In this document: in pieces, positions 1-13,031 of the stretch
Numbering within the stretch: the stretch's first letter is position 1
Layout of the letters: each line of letters opens with the position of its first letter
Assembly: GCF_009914755.1 (NCBI RefSeq)
Contig: NC_060931.1
Direction: 5' to 3' (one strand)
From: the human T2T-CHM13v2.0 reference genome, Homo sapiens
DNA: 64,000 nt
The notes under the pieces: generated by a model
What the model was told of the DNA's origin: nothing
The model's database searches: none
What the model saw: only the letters and a program-made list of their open reading frames with translations
Made by a program: the position numbers and the translations under genes

Positions 1-22
1 TCAATTTGTTTCAGAGAGAGAG

Positions 23-362
23 ATATATAAAACTATATATGTATATATGCACATATACATATATAAATACATATATGTACATACCTATATAAATTGTATA
101 TATAATTGCATATGTATACAATTGTATACATATACAATTTATATATGTATATATTTATATATATTTATATAAATGTATATATTTATGTATATTTATATAT
201 TATAATATATTTATATATATTTATATAAATATATACATAAATATATACATATACAATTTATATAGGTATATATTTACATATGTATATACATATATAAATA
301 CATATATATACACCTATATAAATTGTTTTATATAGGTGTATATATGTATGTATGCATGTATG
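23..362. repeat. AT-rich (TA)n/(TATG)n low-complexity tract with internal palindromes
   Basis: Degenerate TA/TATG repeats; inverted repeats seen directly. Confidence 0.9.
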
Positions 363-760
363 TATTCTGGATTCAAATCTTTGCTCAGATATATTTTGTG
401 AATATTTTGTAGCTTGCCTATTCCTCTTATTGATGTCTTTGGTAAACAGAATTTTGTTTCACTTATGCTGATATCTAGTTTAAAAAGTATTTATGGTTAT
501 TGTTTTTGTGTCCTAAGACATTTTTGCTTACTCTGAGGTTCCAAAGATATTATTCCATGTTATATTCTAGAAGTTTTAGTATCTGAGCTTTGACTTTTTG
601 GTCTATGATCCATCTTGAATCATTTTCTGTGTATGGTATAGAGTGAAGATTGAGGTTCATTTTTTTCCATGTTGATATCAAGTTGCTCCTGCACCATTTG
701 CTTTCCACACTGATTTGCATAGGTGTCTTTTATAAAAAGTAAAAGATTGTATAAAAGTTA
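363..760 (-). mobile_element. Old L1M ORF2 3' fragment
   Basis: Antisense L1 motifs such as GTCTATGATCCAT..TTGA and TTCATTTTTTTCCATG..GATATC..GTTGCTCC..GCACCATTTG. Confidence 0.7.
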
Positions 761-762
761 GT

Positions 763-1315
763 TGTGGCTGTTTGTGTTTTACAGTGATATACACAATACC
801 TCCCATGCCACAGTTCCTTACATATGTGACTTCAACACTACTATCATTGAGAAATATAGTCTTTGTGCTCTCCTTTTAAAATTGAGTAAGGCTTTCTCAT
901 GTTGCAACCAATAGAATACTCTGGAACTAATACCATGTAACTTCTGAAGCTACGTATAAAAAGGCAATGAAACTTCCTCTTTGTTTGTTTAAATATACGC
1001 ACTTGAGGCCCTGAGCAAGCCCAAACTACCGAAGTGAAAAGACTCCCTTGGAGAAACCTGAGGATACATGAAGGAAGAGATGCCAGCCAGATCCTTACTG
1101 CTACAACTGCAGCTGTCGTCTGATTACAACTCCATTAAAGAGTACAAACCAGAACCACCCAGCTAAGCCTTTCCAAATTCTTGACCCAGAGAAACTGAGG
1201 GATATAGTAATTGTTTTATTAAGGGAATGAGTTTTATGATGGCTTGTTATACAGCAATAGTTATCCAAATTACATTTTGGTTTTAGAAATGGGCACTGCC
1301 ATAACAAAACCTAAA
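763..1315 (+). mobile_element. MLT1 (ERVL-MaLR; G/H-like) LTR plus start of internal sequence
   Basis: CCAATAGAAT..AACTTCTGAAGCTA, GAACCACCCAGCTAAGCC..CCAAATTCTTGACCCAGAGAAACTG, TTGTTATACAGCAATAG, then GGGCACTGCCATAACAAAACCTAAAA. Confidence 0.7.
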
Positions 1316-1341
1316 ACCTTTGGCTTTAAAGATTATCTTTT

Positions 1342-1609
1342 GGCCAGGTAAGGTGGCTCACTCCTATAAGCCCAGCATTTTGGGAAACTAAGGCAGGCAG
1401 ATTGCCTGAGCCCAGGAGACAAGCCTGGGCAACATGGTGAAACTCCGTCTCTACAAAAAATACAAAAATTAGCCATGCCTGATGGCTCATGCTTGTAGTC
1501 CCAGCTACTCAGGAGGCTGAGATGGGAGGATTACTTGAGCTTAGGAGGCCGAGGCTGCAGTGATCCAAGATCTTGCCACTGTACTTGAGCGTGGGAGACA
1601 GAGCAAGAG
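1342..1609 (+). mobile_element. AluJ, followed by (TATG)n 1610-1651 and an AT-rich tract
   Basis: Dimeric Alu with J-type motifs (TTGAGCCCAGGAG, GAGGCTGCAGTG). Confidence 0.9.
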
Positions 1610-1899
1610 TATGTATGTATGTATGTATGTATGTATGTATGTATGTATGTATCTATCTACCATATATATAGATACTATATATAGATACATATACATAATA
1701 CATATAGATATAAAAATATATCTTTTTGTAGATATATATAGATATAAATATATAGATATCTTTTTAAAACAATAGAGCTTGTAAGAATTTAAAGATATAA
1801 TCCCATGATAGTCACACAAAGAGCATAAGGAATACAAAAGAACTTTCTAGATATGGCTCCAGTTTAATGGAATATCTTATAAATTGACATGTAAAAACT

Positions 1900-2460
1900 C
1901 AGGTGTTCTTTTTATTGGATGATCCCTATTTCTCTGTCTTCAGGTTTACTGAATGTTGTTCTGCTATCTCCAATCTTTAATTCATGCAGTAAGTTTTTAA
2001 TTTCAGATATAATTTTCATTACTGGAGTTTTCATTATTTTTGTTAATACATTTCACTTATCTATTGAGATTCCATATCTGCTTATTCCTTTTGATATCGT
2101 TTTCTTTTAAATTCTTGAACATATTTATGATAGCTATTTTAAAATCTTTGTCAGCTAATGTGAACATCTGCATCACTTCAATTTGCCTTCCATTAACTGC
2201 ATGTTTTCCTTGTTATTAAATTTTCCTGTTTTTTTGTATGTCTAGTATGTTTTTATTGTATCTGGACATTATGGATATTAAATTGTTGAGAATATGGTTG
2301 ATTTGGGTTTTCTTATTTTAAAAATTGTTGAGATTTTTTTCTGGCAGATATTGAGTTTACTGGAAGATCATTTCAATCCTTTTGAGACTTAGTTTCATGT
2401 TTTTTAAGGCAGGACTAAAGTATCCCTTACAGTAGGAATAGAACAGCTGAGCTCTTATAA
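1900..2460 (-). mobile_element. Ancient L1M/L1ME-like fragment
   Basis: T-rich antisense L1 motifs such as TTCTTGAACATATTTAT..ATAGCTATTTTAAAATCTTTGTC. Confidence 0.5.
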
Positions 2461-2467
2461 TGTGACC

Positions 2468-3621
2468 CTTGTAAATTTGTTTAAGTTCCTCATAGATGCT
2501 TTATATTAGATGTTTGTCAGGTGCATAGTTTGCAACAATTTTCTCTGATTCTGTAGGTTGTCTGTTGACTCAAGCCTGCTAACTCACTGTCAACTGTTGA
2601 CAGTTTCTTTTGCTGTTCGGATGCTCCTTAGTTTAATGAGATCCAATTTGTCAATTTTTGCTTTTGTTGCAATTGCTTTTGGCAACTTCTTCATGAACTC
2701 TTTGCCCATGTGCTGAATGGTATTGCTTAGGTTGTCTTTCAGGGTTTTTATAGTTTTAAATAAACAACACCACTAAAAGGTGGGCAAAGGACATGAACAG
2801 ACACTTTTCAAGAGAACACATACATGTGGGCAACAATCATGTGAAAAAAAAAACTCAACATCATTGATCATTACAGAAATACAAATCAAAACCACAACAA
2901 GATACCATCTCACACTATTCAGTCAGAATGGCTATTATATAAAAAGTCAAAAATAACAGATGCTGGCAAGGTTGTGGAGAAAACGGAATGCTTATACACT
3001 GTTTGTGGGAGTGTAAATTAGTTTAACCATTGTGGAAGACAGTGTGGCAATTTCTCAAAGATCTAAAGACAGAAATACCATTAGAACCTGCAATCCCATT
3101 ACTGGGTATATACCCCCAAAATATAAATCTTTCTATTATAAAGACACATGCATTTGTATGTTCATTGCAGCACTATTCACATTAGCAAAGACATGGAATC
3201 AACCTAAATGCCCATCAATGATAGACTGGATAAAGAAAATGTGGTACATACATACCCTGGAATACTATGCAGCCATAAAAAAGAACGAGATCATGTTCTT
3301 TGCAGGGACATGGATAGAACTGGAGGCCATTATCCTTAACCTACTAATGGAGGGGAAAAAATACTGCATACTCTCACTTATAAGTGGGAACTAACCAATG
3401 ACAACACGTGGACACCTAGAGGGGAATAATACACCCTGGGGACTATCAGAGCATGGAGGTAGGGAGCAGGGAGAGGATCAGGAAAAATAACTAATGGGTA
3501 CAAGTTTTGATACCTGTTTGACGAAATAATCTGCACAACAAACCTCCACGACACAACTTGCCTATGTAACAAACCTGGGCATGCACCCTTGAACTTAAAA
3601 TAAAAATTAAAAAACAAAATT
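2468..3621 (+). mobile_element. 5'-inverted L1PA (PA13-16-like): antisense ORF2 piece 2468-2757, sense ORF2 end and 3'UTR 2758-3621
   Basis: ORF 3032-3394 matches the L1 ORF2p C-terminus (MFIAALFT.AKTWNQPKCPSMIDWIKKMWYI). 3'UTR AGGAAAAATAACTAATGGGTAC. Flanking ACCCTTG repeats at 2465 and 3622. Confidence 0.9.
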
Positions 3622-3800
3622 ACCCTTGCAGCATGTCACCTGAGTGCCCCAGGTTTGGTAAACTTTTAAAATTCTGGGTGGGCAGAACTGCTATATCATT
3701 CATCACTCCTTGACCTCCAATATTTCAGCTCAATATCTTGGCTCAGCTCACAAATTCCCCGTTTGCCCCAAACCCTTTCCGAGTCGCACCATTAAGTGAA

Positions 3801-3937
3801 TTTTTTTTTTTTTTTTTTAGAGACAGGGTCTTGCATACAATGATGCAGTCCTAGCTCACTGCAGTCAAACTCCTGGGCTCAAGCAATCCTCTCGCTTCAG
3901 CCTCTTGAATAGCTGGGATTATAGGCATGTACAACTG
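3801..3937 (-). mobile_element. Alu monomer/fragment (FLAM or AluJ)
   Basis: Poly-T then GAGACAGGGTCTTGC..GCTCACTGCAG..CTCCTGGGCTCAAGCAATCCTC. Confidence 0.85.
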
Positions 3938-4226
3938 GTGGTTTATTTCTTTCATCTTTGCTGCCTATTGCTCAATATCTAAAAATAGTTGCTTCATGTA
4001 GTTTATCTAGTTGAAGAGTTGTTTATGGAAGAAGGTATAATTCAATACTATTTATACTGGCAAGGTTAAAAGCCTTGACTTTGTTTTTAATTTATAGCCT
4101 AAACCTTACCAAAACTGTTAATGTTCACTTGAAACTAAGATAATTTTAGGGGAATGACAGAAAATTGAATATATCTATGATTAAGAAATGGAAGACATTC
4201 AAATACAGGTTTTAGTTATCGATTGT

Positions 4227-4524
<298 letters not shown>

Positions 4525-5561
4525 GGTTTTAATTATTGATTAAATAAGACATCAATAAATGATATTTCATAATGTGATCAATTTTTCCAGATAAAAACGT
4601 CCTAGATTACCAAAAAATATACTTCCAATTTAAATGAGTTTGATACATATAAATACATAAGAACTCAAAAATACATAAATTATTGTTTAACTCTTTAATA
4701 CATGACATATATTCTGTACAAATACCAACATATAAAATTTATAATGGATATAATGTGCTAATTCAACTTACTCTTAGATTTGACATCCAATTTGCTTTTA
4801 TTATTGGTATTTCGTTTGTCTATAAAATGTGATCTTAAAGATATCAGAGGATATTCAAATTGCCAGCATAATTTTTGCCTATCACATTGAGAATAAAGAA
4901 GTTTTATTCTCCCTACATCCCTTTTATTTCTTGAGGTATTAATGAAGCCCGGAGTACATCAAAAAGGAAAACTAAAGTAAAAACTATTTGGGCGTGAAAC
5001 TGGACACAGACACACACAAAGTTGACCAACCATAATTCATATAAACTTTGCTTTTATATCAAACATTTAAAAACAACTAGCTTAGCAGATTTCATTTCTT
5101 AGAAAATTGTTTCATCTTTTTTATATTTAAACCTTTCACATTGTCTTTTTCTATTACCAAGTACATATATAGTTGAGAACTTGAAGCTATCCTGCTGTCT
5201 TAAATTCTTTTTGAAGATACCTTACTGTGTTTTAAAAAAAATCCCCTCTAACTAGGAATAAACTAGTAAGAGTTATATGAAATGTGTTAACATTTTTCTA
5301 TTTTTAGGAATTTATTTGTTTTAACACCAAACTGTTTACCACTTGCAGATCAAATTGAATATTATAAATACTGGGCTGAAAAGGGTACTTGAATAGCTTT
5401 AGCATCTTTTTCCTCACAAAAATGAGTAATTGGGCTTCGTGTTCTATAATTCTATTTTTATGAACTGATGCCAAAACATTTCACAGAAGTCAATATGCTT
5501 TTCTAAAAAGAAAAAATATAGCAATCAAAAAAGACATTTCAAAATCTTAATAAACAATTTA

Positions 5562-5772
<211 letters not shown>

Positions 5773-5805
5773 CTAAAAAAGAGTAAAAAAAAAAAAACTA
5801 TTAAG

Positions 5806-6085
5806 GTATCAGCAAACTGACACAGGAAGAGAAAACCAAATACCATATCATCTCACTCTTAAGTGGGAGTTGAACAATGAGAACACATGGACACAGGGAG
5901 GGGAACATAGCATACCAGGGCCTGTTGGGGGCTGGGGGCTGGGGGAGGGAGAGCATTAGGAGAAATACCTAATGTAGATGACAGGTTGATGGGTGCAGCA
6001 AACCACCATGGCACGTGTACACCTATGTAAGAAACCTGCACGTTTTGCACATGTATCCCAGAACTTAAAGTACAAAAAAAAAAAA
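5806..6085 (+). mobile_element. L1PA7-like 3' end, 5'-truncated, with TSD (A)nCTATTAAG
   Basis: GCATTAGGAGAAATACCTAATGTAGATGAC.GGTTGATGGGTGCAGCAAACCACCATGGCACG; CTATTAAG at 5798-5805 and 6086-6093. Confidence 0.92.
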
Positions 6086-6797
6086 CTATTAAGATAACAA
6101 TTGGTAGACTTTCCTCAACTTACTAAATTATAATGTTCTGAATGTATATAGATTTTTAAAAATAATTTTCCCATCGCTCTTGTTTTACTCTTATAGAAAT
6201 GAATCAGAACTGGGGAATAAAATTAAGGACTGGCTTTGCTCAGATGTAGAAATAAATGCACCACAAGAATTTAAACTATTTTGTTATTTAACATTTTTTC
6301 CTTGACTAAAGTTGTTTTTGTGTTTTGTTTAAGCAAATATCTGAAGAACCAACTTTTGTCGAAACTTGAATTATTTGATCAGACGAGACCACTTTCACTG
6401 GTAGAAGCCTATACGTGCCCCATATCATCCCCAAATGAAAAGATCCACCAACTAAAACAGACAAAAGCTGTCATTTTGAGACAAGTTCTCTTGTTTCTGA
6501 GTTTAGAGACATCTAAAAATTACACTTAAATGTGAGAAACTAACTTTAATTAGGTCAGGGCCCCAGTATAGGTGTTAGGCCTGGAACAATGCAATGTTAC
6601 CTGAAACCTGTATTATTCCACACAGGGAAGTAATGAATAGAAAAACAAATTCCAAAATATAAGGGTTTATAAGAGGGAGGAGGTGGTAATTAACTGGGTT
6701 GCCATAAAATAGGCTAACTTGGTTGTTTTCTGTAAGATGTAGAGTAAATCAAAACACGTATTCCAAACTAAGCCTGGTAACAAAAATTACAAATCAT

Positions 6798-7030
6798 ATT
6801 ATCGAGCATTTATATGTTCCCAATACTTTTTTAAAAGTGCTTTACATAGATTAAATGATTTAATTTAAAAACAGCCATTAAGGGTGGGTAATTATTTATC
6901 TCACTTCACCGATGAAACAAAATTGAGGTACAGAGTTAAATAGTTCTTCCAGGGGTACACGGCAAGTAAGAGATGGATCAAATCAACACATCATCAGGAC
7001 TTTAGCTAGAGTCTGCTTTCTTCACACCTA
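6798..7030 (-). mobile_element. MIR
   Basis: GAGCATTTATATG..AAGTGCTTTACAT..GATGA..TTGAGGTACAGAGTTAAATA core, antisense. Confidence 0.7.
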
Positions 7031-9624
7031 AGTCTTCCAGTGCTTTGCATTATGGTAGAATCTAGTGATCTTCAGCTCCTGCCAGAGTCTTCAACTTCTC
7101 TTCCATGTTAATTAACTTACTGCTGTTACTAGGAAATAGGCCACAGGACCAATAATTTATTTGATGATAGATTTATTGGTGATAGCTTTGATCATAATAA
7201 AAAAAGCATTAGACTTTAAGTAATTTTGTAATTAGTTAACATTCAAAATAAATATTTTATGCCTATATTGTTTAGTTTTAAGAGAAGGCCTAATAAGGGT
7301 TGAATTTTTCTTAAGTGAGATCAGCTCTTCAGTGTATTAAAATGTCTCCCAGACTTTGAATATCAAGATTTCAGTTACCTTAAATCTCAGTAGTTAAGTC
7401 AAGTCTTGGGAAGTAAAATAAAATCAAATTTTGATGTGTATTATGTTTATACATGATAAACATTTAAGGATAGACTTCAAATTTTATGCTGCATTTCTTC
7501 ATGAAATGTTAAACATGAGTGCTTAATAAGTTGTTTCATCAATCATTACATTTCATTACATTCAAAGATACCTATAAGGAATACTAAATTATTCTTTGTA
7601 TATAATCTGTCAACATTTAATTCTTCTTTTAGAAGGTTACTACATATGCATATAAGTTGGTTTAGATTCTCTTTCAATCATGTTGTATTAAATATAACAA
7701 ATATTGCATATTTTATTTACATTTAATTGACATTTCCTGAACGTTTCACCTAAATTAAATAAAATTTGAGAGACAACAGGAATGTCTTTCTGACCAAAAC
7801 CTACACCATCAGCAGCCCTTTATGAAAATTTTAGTTTTAAAAACTTCAATTATGCTAATTTTAATATATAACACTAATAAAGCCTTTTTTAAAAAATAAC
7901 CTAAAGTCCTAAAAATTATATTATTTAACTGCCAGTAGGAACACATTAATGCCATTGCCACAAAACAGTCACTTTAACTGATCTACAGAAAAAAATTTAT
8001 CAGATTAGATTTGAATATATGAGTTTTGAATCATTCAATCTCAATGCATTCTTGCAACTTGTTAGTTTTAAAAGTTAGTTTCAACTTGTTAGTTAGAATA
8101 CCAGTATTCTTTGACTTACAGATTCTCCTTAAAAACTTGCTGCTTTTATACAAATTCCAATACAAGTTTTAAATATGTATATATTTATATGTTAATAAAG
8201 ATATATTTATATAACTTGTGATGGTATTTGAATATATCTAACATATATTCACTTATATATATTCTTATCAGCCATTGGCATCATATCTAATCGCTGACCA
8301 TTTATAAGGTGAGGAAATGAATAAGATTATTTTTCTGAAGGGAATGGTTGATTATACACAATAAAGTACCATAAAATAAATTTAAAATGGAGACATTTAT
8401 GATACGCTATGCAAGATAACTCAAAGGAGTATCATATAGGCTTAAACAAGACAAGTATACTTTCATGGAGGACAGAGAAAAGAGACTGGAAAAGCAAACA
8501 GAGACAGTTCCAGAAAACAGTGAAACCTTGTTAAGGACTCCTGAACAGCAAGGCAGGTTGCATGATAGACTTGGTTATATGGCTATGAGAGGGAAGAGAA
8601 TGTGGCATAATTCAGTGGCATAGAACAGAAGGACACCAAAGAGAATCTTGGGCTAACTCTTAAATTTGGCTCTGCGTATTCTGGTACCTAATACATTAGG
8701 ACTCAAAACAATGCATATGGTCACTTCGTACTGCCTTTTGGTATTGATCAAGTGTGCTGTTCCACCCACATTCATCAGTGCTTCTCCAATCGCATTATCC
8801 TGTTCCTTCCATTATTTCTTGTATTCACATTATTAGCAAAGCGCTGATATCTGATTGCAGCAGACTCACAGCTGTGGCATACAAACATGTATTCTCCCTC
8901 CTACCCATACCCTCTAAAAAAAGTGAAAGGTAAAATGAATGCAGAGACTGAGTATATTGAATTTCTCATTACACTTTTTTTTTGAGCTTCTGGACATGTG
9001 AAATACCTTTTTATGACATGTAACAATGCATGTAACGTGAATGTATGTTTATATACATAGGCAAAAAAGAGGGAACTTTCCATATGTGCATTTTATTAGC
9101 AATAATGACCTCAGTGCAGGACATTTCCTGGGAATTAATGACTAGTTGGGGTTAATGGCCCTTGGCTATGCATTGAGATACCTACTCCTCCAACTGGTCA
9201 TTAATCGCTAAGACATGCCCTGTGCCTCTAACATCGTAAGTTAAGAAGATTGATGTTTTGGTTTTCACTGAACAGTAGTAACACTGTTCCTTGTAACCAA
9301 ACTCATTAATATTGTTAAATAAGTTAAAAATCAAAGCCCTGCTTTCCTTACTACTAAGACATTCTGAGAAGTGCCCACGTGTGCTGAACCTGTACTTGGA
9401 GGAACAAAATAAAGTAAAAATGGTGAAACTGCTGGAACTTAAAAGCCTTTATATATTTTTCTACTATAAAACAGTCAAGACCTACAATCTACTGGTCCTG
9501 ATTCTTTGTTTTTCTTCCCAACAATCCTATAAATTCAATAGTTAATCCTTTAATTGAGATAATTTATGGGTTAAACGTCTTGCCAACAACCTCCTTCCTA
9601 CTCTATTGATATTTTGCTGTCTTC

Positions 9625-9668
9625 GTGTGTGTGTGTGTGTGTGTGTTGTGTGCACATGTGTGTGTGTT
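9625..9668. repeat. (GT)n microsatellite, interrupted
   Basis: Seen directly. Confidence 0.95.
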
Positions 9669-10213
9669 GTGCATCTGGGATGAATTATGGAGAGAAGTAG
9701 GTGTGATTTAACCAAAAGTGGGTGGATTTAGTGAAATGCATAGGTTATACTGCATGCTACTGTCTGTAACAAGCTTGACCTGGAGCCAATTAACTGCATA
9801 TAATCTATTCCAGATGCTCCCTGATAGAAACAGCACTCTTGGGAATCTTCAGATGTGGAGCCAATAGGGAGTTTTCTGATTATGAGAGACTTTTACACAC
9901 TGTTCCACTAAATCAGAGATCCAAATGCATAATCTAACCTCAAGAAGGCCTTGTGCCATTTCCCTAAGGAACACAAAGAGTCCAGAACTTACTAGATGGA
10001 TGGTAAAATTTATTTGAGGAGCAAGAAATATGAAATTTTACATGTGAACTTCATTGATTTGCTTTATTTATTCATATGCATTGGTTCCAAAAGTCATTAA
10101 GCCAGGATCAGGTACTATTAATGTGAAAAAGTAGCTTCTATGCACGGAACAATGATTAAAATATGTAAGTCTTCTTGCATGAAAATCTAGAACACTTAGA
10201 TTTAGGATTCTTT

Positions 10214-10216
<3 letters not shown>

Positions 10217-10279
<63 letters not shown>
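10217..10279. repeat. (GT)n microsatellite, about 31 units with one C interruption
   Basis: Seen directly. Confidence 0.97.
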
Positions 10280-10281
<2 letters not shown>

Positions 10282-11973
10282 GTTGGGGAAGGGAAGGAAA
10301 GAACCCCTGATTTTTTAATTTTATAAAGAGCTCTTTGTTCTTTATACCTTAGTGGTACATATAAGGTCACTTGAGAATGTTTTTTACCCAATTCAGAAAG
10401 CACAAGGAAATATGCCTATCTCAGCATTAAAAGCAATATCTGTATTAACTCACTTTTGCCAAATTGCTGCTCCTATTTTGAGCTATTGTTTGATTAGATG
10501 GTTTTCCTGTAGGGTGCACATGACTGATCAATTATTGGTAACATTACTTCCTGGCATGGCTGTGGACAGCACAACAAAGAGGGATTATAGAAAAAAACTC
10601 GAAAGCCAAAGGGGTAACATAGGCAAACACAGAGAAGCTTTATGTTACAGGGGGCTATTATTTATTCCATTGATCAAGTGCAATAATATCAAAGTAGGAT
10701 TCAAGTGGTATGTGAAAAGGTCCACAGGAAAAGAGCTTGGAATGCTAGAACTTTCACATAAATTTATCCTATCCTTTCTAAGTTTCCTTCTGTGTATTTT
10801 CTAATAGGCATATAAAATATCCTACTACTTTAGTAAGATAGCAAGTATTTGTTGAAAGACTAATTGTCCATTGTCTTCAGATGCCATGAATTCTCCATCA
10901 AATGATATATTCTAAAGGAGTCTGGAAGGCCATCTGACTCCTCAGAGATCATGAAGAGTCTTATATTTGATTAAATGCTAATCTACTTCCAAACCTCTTT
11001 ATGATGGCCAATGATATTTCTCCACACACCAAACAAATTACGATTATCATCAGAAATTAGTTGTAGAGCTGAGCTAAGCTATTTGTCAGTAAATATAAAT
11101 TACAGTACCTACATTTTTATTTTGTAGCGGTTTAAACATTATGTTTGCATTGCTAAAATACACTGAGAGTATATAGTTTATAATCCCTGTTCAACAAAGC
11201 AACACTGTTAACATTTTACTTGGGTTTGCATGCCTTATAGCCATGTACTAAGAGCCAAATAAAATTCTGTAAGATCTTACCTCTAATGAATTCAACAGAA
11301 AATAATACAATTGTGAGATTTTAGAATATATGTGTGTAATCTCTTAGGTTTAAGCCTTGTGGGTTTCATTTTTTCCTGACCATAACAGTAACAACAAAAT
11401 AATTTTTAAATTGTAAAGAGGTCCCAAAGAAACAAAGTGCCTCCAAGGTCTAAACTGTTGAAGTTAACACATTTATAAAAATTTAATAAAATATTACTGT
11501 GAATGACTTTATTGATATTCATTTTCCTCATCCTAAATCTCAAATCAATTTGCTCTTCAAAGCAGCAATTGATACTTATCAATTTGAAGGGTCAGAGAAA
11601 GTACTAACATCATCAGAGTTGACCTTTCTTCAAATCAGATTAATCGACAGCCCAAAGTTTCAATATTTTCCTTTTCAAATTCTTATACCCTCGGGAGCAT
11701 TTTAACTCATACAACTTTTCATGACCCAGATAATCTTATAATATGCTTTTGGATAATTGTAGAACATTTTGTCAACTTTTAATGTCTGCACTCAAAACAT
11801 AAATCGGTTGTTTTTTAAACTCAAAAGCATCAACCTCAAATATTCTGATATGTGCCTCTTAGGTATATCTGCTTTTTTTTTTATGAAGAGACTTGAATAA
11901 AGCAGAGTAGGAATTATTGAAAATATGAAAGGAAAATTATTATATTTTCTTGGAATAATGAACTAAGAATTAA

Positions 11974-12309
<336 letters not shown>

Positions 12310-12716
12310 AACTATGTTTTTATTATTGAGATATGCTTATTTCTAATTTAGTCAAGCCCTTTTATTTTTTAGAAATGTCATTTTTATCAAAACTAAGCAA
12401 TATTTTGGCAAATATCCAAAAATTTTAATTTATTCCTTTCTGAAATTCACATTCAGTTATTCATTCAGCTGTTGAATTATATGTCCATTTAATATTTCCC
12501 CAGAATTTATAATCTATATCTAATATTATAAATATTCTGCCTATGTGAATAAATGGATTTGAATTGTAAAAAATTGATTATTCATAATAAAATGTACAGA
12601 ATATTCTATTTTATAACCAAGTTAGTGGCTCCATGGTCTCTGTATCAGCATAAATAATTGGGTAGTTGGAAACTTGTTTTTCAAAGCAATACAGATATTT
12701 TTATGATATATATATA

Positions 12717-13031
12717 TTTTTTTCCTTTTTTTTTTTTTTTTTTTTAGAGATAGATAGGGTCTCACTCTGTAACTGAAGCTAGAGTGCAGTGGCATGACCA
12801 CAGCTCATGGCAGCCTGGACTTCCTGGGCTCAAGTGATCCACCTGCCTTGGCTTCCTGAGGAGCTGGGATTATAGGCATGTGCCACTTGCCCAGCTAATT
12901 TTTTTTTGTAGAGATAGGGTCTCACTATTTTGACCAGGCTGGTCTGCTCTTGAACTCCTGGCCTCAAGTGATCATCCTGCTTCAACCTCCCAAAGTATTG
13001 GGATTACAGGCGTGAGCCACTGTGCCTCACC
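12717..13031 (-). mobile_element. AluJ
   Basis: Dimer with J-type motifs (CACAGCTCATGGCAGCC, CCTGGGCTCAAGTGATCC). Confidence 0.92.

Noticed and set aside
3032-3394. 120-aa ORF
   Set aside because: Decayed L1 ORF2p C-terminus from a truncated element; not a host gene
10068-10804. ORFs of 111 and 150 aa, and similar ones at 16621, 24971, 46129 and 51405
   Set aside because: No recognisable domain or similarity to semaphorin; low-complexity or AT-biased composition; expected by chance in 64 kb
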